A DNA stretch of 64,000 nucleotides from an uncultured Chloroflexia bacterium (lineage in GTDB: Bacteria > Chloroflexota > Limnocylindria > Limnocylindrales > CSP1-4). The DNA is taken from the NCBI GenBank assembly GCA_963813335.1, contig CAWEYL010000001.1, positions 320,001-384,000 on the forward strand, written 5' to 3'. Below are positions 50,251-57,941 of the stretch, piece after piece (positions within the stretch are counted from its first letter, which is position 1; each line of letters starts with the position of its first letter). The notes under the pieces were generated by a model. That model did no database searches. It had not been told where the DNA came from and worked only from the letters and a program-made list of their open reading frames with translations. The translations under genes were made by a program, and so were the position numbers.

Positions 50251-50293
50251 CATCGGTCGTTCGACCCATGGACCCGGGTGCGCACGACCGATG
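50251..50293. promoter_or_regulatory. Operator-like motif pair upstream of azoR
   Basis: Reverse complement of 50251-50271 is CCATGGGTCGAACGACCGATG, 20/21 identical to 57888-57908; an inverted partial copy sits at 50276-50293. Confidence 0.6.
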
Positions 50294-50298
50294 AGCGG

Positions 50299-51831
50299 TC
50301 AGGCGTCGGCGGCGGCGACCCCGCTCGTGGACGCGGCGGTATCGGCGGCATCGGCGGCGTCGTCGGTCGCGCCGGTCAGCCAGCGCTGGATGGCGGCGGC
50401 CGAGCGCTTGCCGTCGCCCATGGCCAGGATCACCGTGGCGGAGCCGCGCACGATGTCGCCGCCGGCGAACACGCCCGGCAGGCTGGTCATGCCGTCCTCG
50501 TCGGTGACGATATAGCCCCACTCGTTGACCGCGAGGTCCGGGGCGGCGGCGTGGAGCAATGGGTTCGACCGCGTCCCGATCGCGACGACGACCATGTCGC
50601 AGTCGATGACGAACTCGGAGCCGGGGATCGGCTCGGGCCGACGCCGACCCGACGCATCGGGCTCGCCGAGCGCCATGCGCTGGCAGCGCAGGCCGGTGAC
50701 CCAGTGCTCGGCGTCGCCGAGCACCTCGAGCGGGGCCACCTGGAGCTCGAACCGGATCCCTTCCTGCTCGGCGTGGTGGACCTCCTCCGCCCGTGCCGGC
50801 AGCTCGTCGTGGCCGCGGCGGTACACGATCGTGGCCTCGGCGGCACCCAGCCGACGGGCGGTCCGGACGGCGTCCATCGCGACGTTCCCGCCACCCACCA
50901 CGGCGACTCGCTGCCCGTGCAGCACCGGCGTGTCGCTGTCGGCGCCCCAGGCGCCCATCAGGTTGACGCGGGTGAGGTACTCGTTCGCGGAGTAGACGCC
51001 CTTGAGGTTCTCGCCCGGGATGTCCATGAACACCGGCAGTCCCGCACCGACCGCGAGGAAGACGGCGTCGAAGCGCTCCCGGAGCTCGGCGAGCGTGTAG
51101 GTCTTGCCGATGATCGCGTTGGTCTCGATGGTCACGCCGCCGTCCACCAGCCGCGCCACCTCGCGCTCGACGATGTCGTTGGGGAGCCGGAACTCGGGGA
51201 TCCCGTAGATGAGCACGCCGCCGGCGGCATGGAAGGCCTCGAACACCGTGACCTTGTAGCCGGCCTTGGCGAGCTCCCCGGCGGCCGTCAGGCCGGCCGG
51301 CCCCGAGCCGACGATCGCCACGGTCTTGTCGACCGGGGCAGGCGTGGTGTGTGCGAGGGCTTCCGGGTGGGTCCCGGCCCAGTCCGCGACGTAGCGCTCG
51401 AGCGAGCCGATCGCGACCGGCGCGCCCTTCTTGCCCCGCAGGCACAGCCCTTCGCACTGGGTCTCCTGCGGGCAGACCCGGCCGGTCACGCACGGCAGGG
51501 CGTTGTCGTCGAGCAGGGATCCGGCCGCGGCCGCCATGTCGCCACGGCGGAGATGATCGATGAACCGCGGGATGTTGACCCGGACCGGACAGCCGTCGAT
51601 GCACTTGGGGTTCTTGCACTGCAGGCACCGCTCGGCCTCGAGCATCGCGAGATGCTCGGTGAACCCGAGGTTGACCTCCGTGAACGCGTGCGAGCGCCGG
51701 TCGGCGTCGTCCTCGGGCATCGGGACCCGCTCGATGGCCATCCGCTGGCGCGGGTCGAGCGCGACGTCCTCACCCGCGAGGATGCGGCGGACGATGTCCT
51801 GGATGTCCGTGGCGGGCTTCGGGTCCGTCAT
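50299..51831 (-). CDS. NfnB/SudA-like (GltD homolog) Fe-S flavoprotein
   Basis: RCLQC...CIDGCP, GRVCPQETQCE, GSGPAG, YGIPEFRLP, GGGNVAMD, YRR, GGDIV. Confidence 0.92.
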   Translation of the reverse strand: MTDPKPATDIQDIVRRILAGEDVALDPRQRMAIERVPMPEDDADRRSHAFTEVNLGFTEHLAMLEAERCLQCKNPKCIDGCPVRVNIPRFIDHLRRGDMAAAAGSLLDDNALPCVTGRVCPQETQCEGLCLRGKKGAPVAIGSLERYVADWAGTHPEALAHTTPAPVDKTVAIVGSGPAGLTAAGELAKAGYKVTVFEAFHAAGGVLIYGIPEFRLPNDIVEREVARLVDGGVTIETNAIIGKTYTLAELRERFDAVFLAVGAGLPVFMDIPGENLKGVYSANEYLTRVNLMGAWGADSDTPVLHGQRVAVVGGGNVAMDAVRTARRLGAAEATIVYRRGHDELPARAEEVHHAEQEGIRFELQVAPLEVLGDAEHWVTGLRCQRMALGEPDASGRRRPEPIPGSEFVIDCDMVVVAIGTRSNPLLHAAAPDLAVNEWGYIVTDEDGMTSLPGVFAGGDIVRGSATVILAMGDGKRSAAAIQRWLTGATDDAADAADTAASTSGVAAADA

Positions 51832-52697
51832 CGGGCGGCCTCCGCCTCGGCGCGCGCCGAGTCGACCGCCAGGGCCGGGATCCGGCAGGCCTCGCGCCTG
51901 GCCATCGCATCCTGCTCGAAGGACCGGTAGGTCGTCAGGCGGTCGGCGAGCAACCCGAAGTCGACCTGGTGGCCATCGAACTCGGGGCCGTCGACGCAGG
52001 CGTAGCGCGTCTCGCCGCCGACCGAGACCCGGCAGCCGCCGCACATCCCGGTCCCGTCGACCATGATCGCGTTGAGCGAGACGGTGGTCGGCACGCCGTA
52101 GCCGAGCGTGAGCGCACTCACCGCGCGCATCATCGGGACAGGCCCGACCGCGTAGACCGCGTCGGCGCCGCCCGTCAGGACGTCGGCCAGCGCGTCGGTG
52201 ACGAAGCCCGGCCGACCGTAGCTGCCGTCGTCGGTGCAGGCGATGACCTCGCCGCAACGCGCCAGCTCCGGCTCGAGGATCACCCACTCGCGCGAGCGGC
52301 CGCCGATGATACTGGTGACGCGCACCCCGAGCCGCTGCAGCCCCTGGGCGATCGGCAGGATCACCGCGGTCCCGACACCGCCGCCGACGCACACCGCGTG
52401 GCCGGCCTCGATCAGCTCGGTCGCGCTCCCGAGCGGTCCGGCGATGTCCGTGATGCCATCACCCGGGCGCAGCTCGACCAGGTCGGTCGTGCTCTTGCCG
52501 ACGGCCTGGATGATGAGCGTGATCGTGCCCGCGACGGGGTCCGAATCGGCGATCGTCAGCGGGATGCGCTCCGCCCCGGGACCCAGCCGGACGATGACGA
52601 ACTGGCCGGGCTGCCGGATCTGCGCGATCCGCGGGGCCTCGACCACGAGGCGGGTGACGTTGGGCGAGAGCGGTCCGGCTTCGACGATCTGATGCAT
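51828..52697 (-). CDS. NfnA/SudB-like FAD/[2Fe-2S] subunit
   Basis: PGQFVIVR..GAERIPLTIAD, GGGVG, TDDGSYG, MVDGTGMCGGCRV...CVDGPEFD. Confidence 0.93.
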   Translation of the reverse strand: MHQIVEAGPLSPNVTRLVVEAPRIAQIRQPGQFVIVRLGPGAERIPLTIADSDPVAGTITLIIQAVGKSTTDLVELRPGDGITDIAGPLGSATELIEAGHAVCVGGGVGTAVILPIAQGLQRLGVRVTSIIGGRSREWVILEPELARCGEVIACTDDGSYGRPGFVTDALADVLTGGADAVYAVGPVPMMRAVSALTLGYGVPTTVSLNAIMVDGTGMCGGCRVSVGGETRYACVDGPEFDGHQVDFGLLADRLTTYRSFEQDAMARREACRIPALAVDSARAEAEAAR

Positions 52698-52773
52698 GTC
52701 CAGCCTGGTATCGAGCAGCGGTCCTGGTCGACCGTGGCTCGATCGTAGGCAGACGGCCGACGAGCCTGACCCG

Positions 52774-52839
52774 GCAGCCGGCCCGTTTCGCCCGGGCCGA
52801 ATGTCACGAGGGTCCGTGCGTCTCGCCCAGCGTCGGGCG
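52774..52839. repeat. 66-bp direct repeat, copy 1
   Basis: Aligns to 56902-56968 with 5 mismatches and 1 gap. Confidence 0.85.
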
Positions 52840-52967
52840 AGACAACCTTGCCCTACGGCCAGGCTCGCCTGCGTGCAGGCGGCACGCCGAGGAAGGTGCC
52901 GAACAGCCCTGTCGCCCTTCGTGCCGCCGGGAGAACATCTGACGCGTCCGGTCCATGGAGGGCAACT

Positions 52968-53873
52968 GTGCGGATCCTCCTCGCCATCGACGGCTCCCCG
53001 TCGTCGATCCAGGCTCGCGATGTCGTCGGATCGCTGTCGATCCCGGGCGGGTCCTCCGTGACGATGCTCACGGCGTACGACCTTCCTGTCGCGTGGTTCG
53101 GCGAAGCCCTCGCCCCTGAAGGGGCACGGATCGCCGAAGCCGAGGAAGCCATGCGCCGCGAGGCGGACGCCACCCTTGTCCGGTTGGCCGAACCCTACCG
53201 CGGCCGTGACTGGACCGTCGATCGACGCGTCATCCGCGGCCGCGCGCCGGGCGTGATCGTCGACGCAGCCGAGGACCTGGCCGCGGATCTCATCGTGCTC
53301 GGCTCTCGCGGCCACGGCCCGATCGCATCGATGCTGCTCGGCTCGGTGTCTGCCGAGGTCGTCGACCGGACGAGCCGTTCAGTGCTGGTCGCTCGCGGGC
53401 CGAGCGTGTCTCGTCTGCTGGTGGCGACCGACGGCTCGCCGTGCGCGGACCTCATTCCCGACGTGTTATCCAGGTTGGGGGCATTCCAGGGGCTCCCGAC
53501 GGTCGCCGTCAGCGTCGCGCCGGTCGATTCGCCCGCCTTCGCGTTGATGGTCAGCCTGTACACGCTGGGCAGCCTGTCACTCGAGCCCGACCGCCAGGAA
53601 CTGCGCGAGCGCCACCAGCGGCATGCCGCGGCGATGGCCGCACGGCTCTCCGAGAAGGGGATCCCGGCCCAAGGGGAGGTCCGGAGCGGGGACGCGGCAC
53701 AGGAGATCATCGCCGCGGCTGGCGAGCGCCATGTCGACCTCGTCGTGACCGGCTCGCGGTGCCTGCATGGCCTCGACCGATGGCTTCTGGGAAGCGTGGC
53801 GCGAAACGTGCTGCAGCACTCGGGAGTCTCTGTCCTGATCGTGCGGCCTGGCGTCACCCCCACCGGAGCGTGA
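52968..53873 (+). CDS. Tandem-domain universal stress protein
   Basis: ILLAIDGS and LLVATDGS starts; DLIVLGSRG..LLGSVS twice; GGAGG SD. Confidence 0.93.
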   Translation: MRILLAIDGSPSSIQARDVVGSLSIPGGSSVTMLTAYDLPVAWFGEALAPEGARIAEAEEAMRREADATLVRLAEPYRGRDWTVDRRVIRGRAPGVIVDAAEDLAADLIVLGSRGHGPIASMLLGSVSAEVVDRTSRSVLVARGPSVSRLLVATDGSPCADLIPDVLSRLGAFQGLPTVAVSVAPVDSPAFALMVSLYTLGSLSLEPDRQELRERHQRHAAAMAARLSEKGIPAQGEVRSGDAAQEIIAAAGERHVDLVVTGSRCLHGLDRWLLGSVARNVLQHSGVSVLIVRPGVTPTGA

Positions 53874-53903
53874 CCCGACGTTCCGGGACGCTCGGAAGCG
53901 CTG

Positions 53904-56693
53904 TCAGCCTGCGCCACGGTCCCCAGGTCGGGCGAGGTGCCGCGCGGATCCCTTGACCGACGCTCGCGGTGCCCGGCCGACGTGTGGCCCGGACGTCCGG
54001 CGTCCGATCCATTTCTCGACCTCGACGGCTGCGAAACCAAGGGTGGAGGCGACCAGGACCATCGCCAGCTGGGGCAGTGTCAGCGCGACCGTTCCGAAGA
54101 CCGGCTGCAGGGCCGGGACGAAGATGAGGGCCATCTGCACGACGAAGGTGGCCGCCACCGCGATCGTCAGCGGCAGGTTCGATCGGAGGCCGAGCCGGAA
54201 GAAGCTCTCTGTCTCCGACCGGATGGCCAGCGCATGCCCGAGCTGAAGGAGCGCCAGGGTCGCGAAGACCATCGTCTGCCACGGCCAGTCCTGGCCGACC
54301 GCGTACGCCTGGACCGCGAGGGCGACGGACGCCATCAGCAGCCCGACCCAGATGGTGTGCTGCCACAGACCGCGGGCGAAGAGCGACTCGGACGGTGACC
54401 GCGGCGGCCGGCGCATCGTGCCGCGCTCCGTCGGCTCGACGCCCAGGGCGAGGGCCGGAAGTCCATCAGTCACGAGGTTGACCCACAGGATCTGCACGGC
54501 TAGCAGCGGGAACGGGAGGCCAAGGAACGGGGCGAGCGTCATGACCCAGATCTCGGCGGAGTTCGTGGTCAACAGATAGCGGACGAAGCGCCGGATGTTG
54601 TCGTAGATCCTGCGACCTTCCTCGACGGCGGCGACGATCGTCGCGAAGTCATCGTCGGCGAGGACCATGTCGGCCGCCTCCTTGCTGACCTCGGTCCCGG
54701 TGACGCCCATCGCGACCCCGATGTCGGCCCGCCGCAGTGCAGGGGCGTCGTTCACGCCGTCGCCCGTCATCGAGACGACCGCCCCACGGCGCCGCCAGGC
54801 GTCCACGATGCGGAGCTTCTGTTCGGGATCGGTCCGCGCGTACACGGCCACATCGGCCACGATGGCGTCGAAGGCGGGGTCGTCGAGCTGCTCGAGTTCG
54901 GCACCGGTGAGGCTGCGTCCGCCGTCGCGCAGGACGCCGATCCGTCGGGCGATCGCGTTGGCCGTCAACGGGTGATCGCCGGTGATCATGACGGGCGTGA
55001 TGCCGGCCGCACGACAGGCCGCGATCGACGGGGCCGACGCCTCTCGCGGAGGATCTGCCATCCCGACGATCCCAAGAAGGTGGAGGCCGTGCTCGGCGTC
55101 GTCGAGCCGGGCGGGGATGTCGTCGATCGCGCGCTCGGCGAACGCGAGCACGCGGTAACCGTCGACGGCGTAGCGCTCGGCCACGCGCTCCGCCTCCCGC
55201 AGCAGGTCGGCCTCGGTCGCACCGAGGAGTGGTCCGATCGCCTCCAGGGCGCCCTTCACGGCGACCCAGACCTCGGCACCGGCGGTGTGGATGGTCGCCA
55301 TCCTTCGCCGCTCGGGGTCGAACGTCAGCTCTTCGACGCGCGGGCATGCGGCGGCGACCGAGTGCGGATCCACTCCGAGCTTGGCGGCGAGGGCGAGCAG
55401 CGCCGCCTCGGTCGGATCGCCGCTGATGGTCCACGGGCCACCGGCGGTGATCGGGGCATGGAGCGATGCGTCGTTGCAGGCGGCGGCCACCATGGCGAGT
55501 CGCTCAAGGGCGGTGTCGTTCGCGGGCTGGGGATCGAACTGTCCGGTCGGGGTGTAGCCGTCGCCCGTCACGCGATAGTCGCCGATCGGGGTCCAGACCC
55601 GTTCGGCGAGCATCCGGTTCTCGGTCAGGGTGCCGGTCTTGTCGCTGCAGATCACGGTCACCGACCCAAGCGTCTCGACCGCCGGCAGCTTGCGGATGAG
55701 GGCATGCCGTTGCGCCATCCGTCGGGCGCCCAGAGCCAGGGCGATCGTGACGACGGCCGGCAGGCCTTCGGGGATGGCCGCGACCGCGAGACTCACCGCG
55801 GTCAGGAACATCAAGTCGGCGGGCTCGCCACGGGCGACGCCGCTGATGAAGACGAAGAGGCACACGACGAACGCCGCGGCCGCCAGACGCTTGCCGAGCG
55901 TCGACAGCCGTCGTTGGAGCGGCGTCTGGCCACTGCCGTGTTCCTCGAGGAGTTCGGCGACACGCCCGAGGGCCGTCTCCATCCCGGTCGCCACGACCAG
56001 GCCCAGGCCACGCCCATAGGTCACCGCGGTGCCACTGAAGGCCATGTTCCGCTGATCGGCGAGGACCACCGTGGTGACATCGGAGATCCGCGCCGTCGAC
56101 TTGCTTGCCGGTTCCGACTCGCCGGTCAGGGCGGCCTCGTTGATGCGGAGGGATCGGGCCTCGATCAGGCGCATGTCGGCAGTCACGACGTCCCCCACGT
56201 CGAGCCGCACGAGGTCGCCCGGCACGAGATCGGCCGCCGCGACGACGATCGTGTCGCCGGCACGAACGACGCGTGCCGACGGGCTGGTCATGTGCTTGAG
56301 CGCGTCCATCGCCTGCTCGGCCCGATATTCCTGGACGAAGCCGATGATCCCGTTGAGCGCGACGATGACCAGGATGATGGCGGTGTCCTTGAGGTCGCCG
56401 ATCGCCGCCGTGATCGCGGCGGCACCGAGCAGGACCAGGATCATCGCGTTGGTGAACTGTTCGGCCAGCAGGTGCCAGGCCGGCTTGACGGGGCGCGCCT
56501 TCAGCACGTTCGGTCCGCGTTCGATCAGGCGATCGCGAGCGTCATCGGGATCGAGGCCCCGATCCACGCTGGAGCCGAGCGCGGCGACGACCTCCGAAGC
56601 TTCGATCGCCCATGGGTCCCGGACGCGGACCACCGCGGGGACGTCCTCGATCTGGACGCCCGAGGATCCGTCGACGCCTGGGAGCACGCTCAC
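53904..56693 (-). CDS. P-type ATPase, type IIA-like (Ca2+/cation)
   Basis: [53 protein letters not shown]; start GTG 56693 inferred. Confidence 0.96.
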   Translation of the reverse strand: MSVLPGVDGSSGVQIEDVPAVVRVRDPWAIEASEVVAALGSSVDRGLDPDDARDRLIERGPNVLKARPVKPAWHLLAEQFTNAMILVLLGAAAITAAIGDLKDTAIILVIVALNGIIGFVQEYRAEQAMDALKHMTSPSARVVRAGDTIVVAAADLVPGDLVRLDVGDVVTADMRLIEARSLRINEAALTGESEPASKSTARISDVTTVVLADQRNMAFSGTAVTYGRGLGLVVATGMETALGRVAELLEEHGSGQTPLQRRLSTLGKRLAAAAFVVCLFVFISGVARGEPADLMFLTAVSLAVAAIPEGLPAVVTIALALGARRMAQRHALIRKLPAVETLGSVTVICSDKTGTLTENRMLAERVWTPIGDYRVTGDGYTPTGQFDPQPANDTALERLAMVAAACNDASLHAPITAGGPWTISGDPTEAALLALAAKLGVDPHSVAAACPRVEELTFDPERRRMATIHTAGAEVWVAVKGALEAIGPLLGATEADLLREAERVAERYAVDGYRVLAFAERAIDDIPARLDDAEHGLHLLGIVGMADPPREASAPSIAACRAAGITPVMITGDHPLTANAIARRIGVLRDGGRSLTGAELEQLDDPAFDAIVADVAVYARTDPEQKLRIVDAWRRRGAVVSMTGDGVNDAPALRRADIGVAMGVTGTEVSKEAADMVLADDDFATIVAAVEEGRRIYDNIRRFVRYLLTTNSAEIWVMTLAPFLGLPFPLLAVQILWVNLVTDGLPALALGVEPTERGTMRRPPRSPSESLFARGLWQHTIWVGLLMASVALAVQAYAVGQDWPWQTMVFATLALLQLGHALAIRSETESFFRLGLRSNLPLTIAVAATFVVQMALIFVPALQPVFGTVALTLPQLAMVLVASTLGFAAVEVEKWIGRRTSGPHVGRAPRASVKGSARHLARPGDRGAG

Positions 56694-56901
56694 GTTGCCG
56701 GTTCCGGTTCGTCGCACCTGGCGTGGTCGGGGGGACGTCGGCCGGTACGATCCGAGCGTCACCGCGACGACGACCACGGCGGAAGTGCCGATCGGACCGA
56801 TCGGCCATACCGGCCATCCCGAATCAGGCCCGGCGCCACGGTCGTGGCTTGGACGGCATGACGCACTCGGCCGGGCGGCCAAGCGAGGACGGACGGCCCG
56901 T

Positions 56902-56968
56902 GCAGCCGGCCCGTTCCGGCCGGGCCGAATGTCACGAGGGTCCGGCGCGTCTCACCCGGCGTCGGGCG
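56902..56968. repeat. 66/67-bp direct repeat, copy 2 (overlaps the FNR 3' end)
   Basis: Aligns to 52774-52839. Confidence 0.85.
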
Positions 56969-57773
56969 TCGCGGTCTTGCCCTTGGGCCAGTAGAGCTCC
57001 TTCTTGACGTGGAACTCCGGGAAGCCGTGGTCCATCAGGGCCGATTCCGCGTTGAGGATCATGTCCGGATTGCCGCAGATGTACACCACGGTCTTGTCGG
57101 GGCGCAGGTGCAGGTCCTTGCACACGTCGATGACTACGTGCTCGGCACGCCCGGTGCGCCCGGTCCAGCCCGCGTTCCGCGGATCGTCCGGACGGCTGAT
57201 CGTCGGGACGTAGGTGACCGGGTAGGCATGGCTCCCCTGGAGATCCTCGAGCTCATCGCGGTACCCGAGCTCGTCGACGTACGACACGCCGTTCAGGACC
57301 ACGGTCTTGCGCGGGGCGCCCGCGAGCATCGTGTCCCGGATCATCGCGATGAACGGCGCGATGCCGGTCCCGGTCGAGACGAACAGGTGCGTGCGCTCAT
57401 CATCGGGCTCGAGCATGAACCTGCCCTTCGGCCCGATCATCCGCATCCCGTGACCGGGGGGCAGGCGCCACAGGAGCGTGGTGAACCGGATGATGGGGAC
57501 GAGCCGGACGTACATCTCGTAGCCGCTGTCGCCCGCCTCGCGCGGGGACGACGCCACCGAGTACGGCCGCTGCCAGATCTTCCCGTCGGCGAAGACGCCG
57601 ATCGTCATGTACTGCCCGGGCTCGAAGGGCGTCGGCTCGCCGTCGAACTTGACCCAGATGCGGGCCAGGTCGTGGGTGTAGTCGATCCGTCGCACGATCC
57701 GGGCGTTGTAGCGCTCGTCCTCGGATTCGATCACGCGATCGTCGTCGATCGGCGGCTTCAGGAGTTCGGTCAT
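56952..57773 (-). CDS. Ferredoxin/flavodoxin--NADP+ reductase (bacterial FNR)
   Basis: FEPGQY, RPYSVAS, STGTGIAPF, YICGNPDM, C-terminal ELYW. Confidence 0.9.
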   Translation of the reverse strand: MTELLKPPIDDDRVIESEDERYNARIVRRIDYTHDLARIWVKFDGEPTPFEPGQYMTIGVFADGKIWQRPYSVASSPREAGDSGYEMYVRLVPIIRFTTLLWRLPPGHGMRMIGPKGRFMLEPDDERTHLFVSTGTGIAPFIAMIRDTMLAGAPRKTVVLNGVSYVDELGYRDELEDLQGSHAYPVTYVPTISRPDDPRNAGWTGRTGRAEHVVIDVCKDLHLRPDKTVVYICGNPDMILNAESALMDHGFPEFHVKKELYWPKGKTATPDAG

Positions 57774-57887
57774 GGATCCATCGCCTCTGCTGGAGGTTGC
57801 AGCGCCGATGGTAGCGGGCCTCGCCCCGCGGGGTCGCCGATCCCTGGTTGCGGCACCGGTTCGCCTGGGTCGCAACGACGCGACCCT

Positions 57888-57933
57888 CCATGGGTCGAAT
57901 GACCGATGCCGGACGACGGCGACCGCATACACT
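57888..57933 (+). promoter_or_regulatory. Operator-like motif plus -10 element upstream of the LuxR regulator
   Basis: CCATGGGTCGAATGACCGATG (57888-57908), 19 nt, TACACT (57928-57933), 8 nt, ATG 57942. Confidence 0.65.
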
Positions 57934-57941
57934 TCGACCGC

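Noticed and set aside
50299-51831. Glutamate synthase small subunit (gltD) as part of GOGAT
   Set aside because: There is no gltB in the window, and the gene is coupled to an NfnA/SudB subunit.
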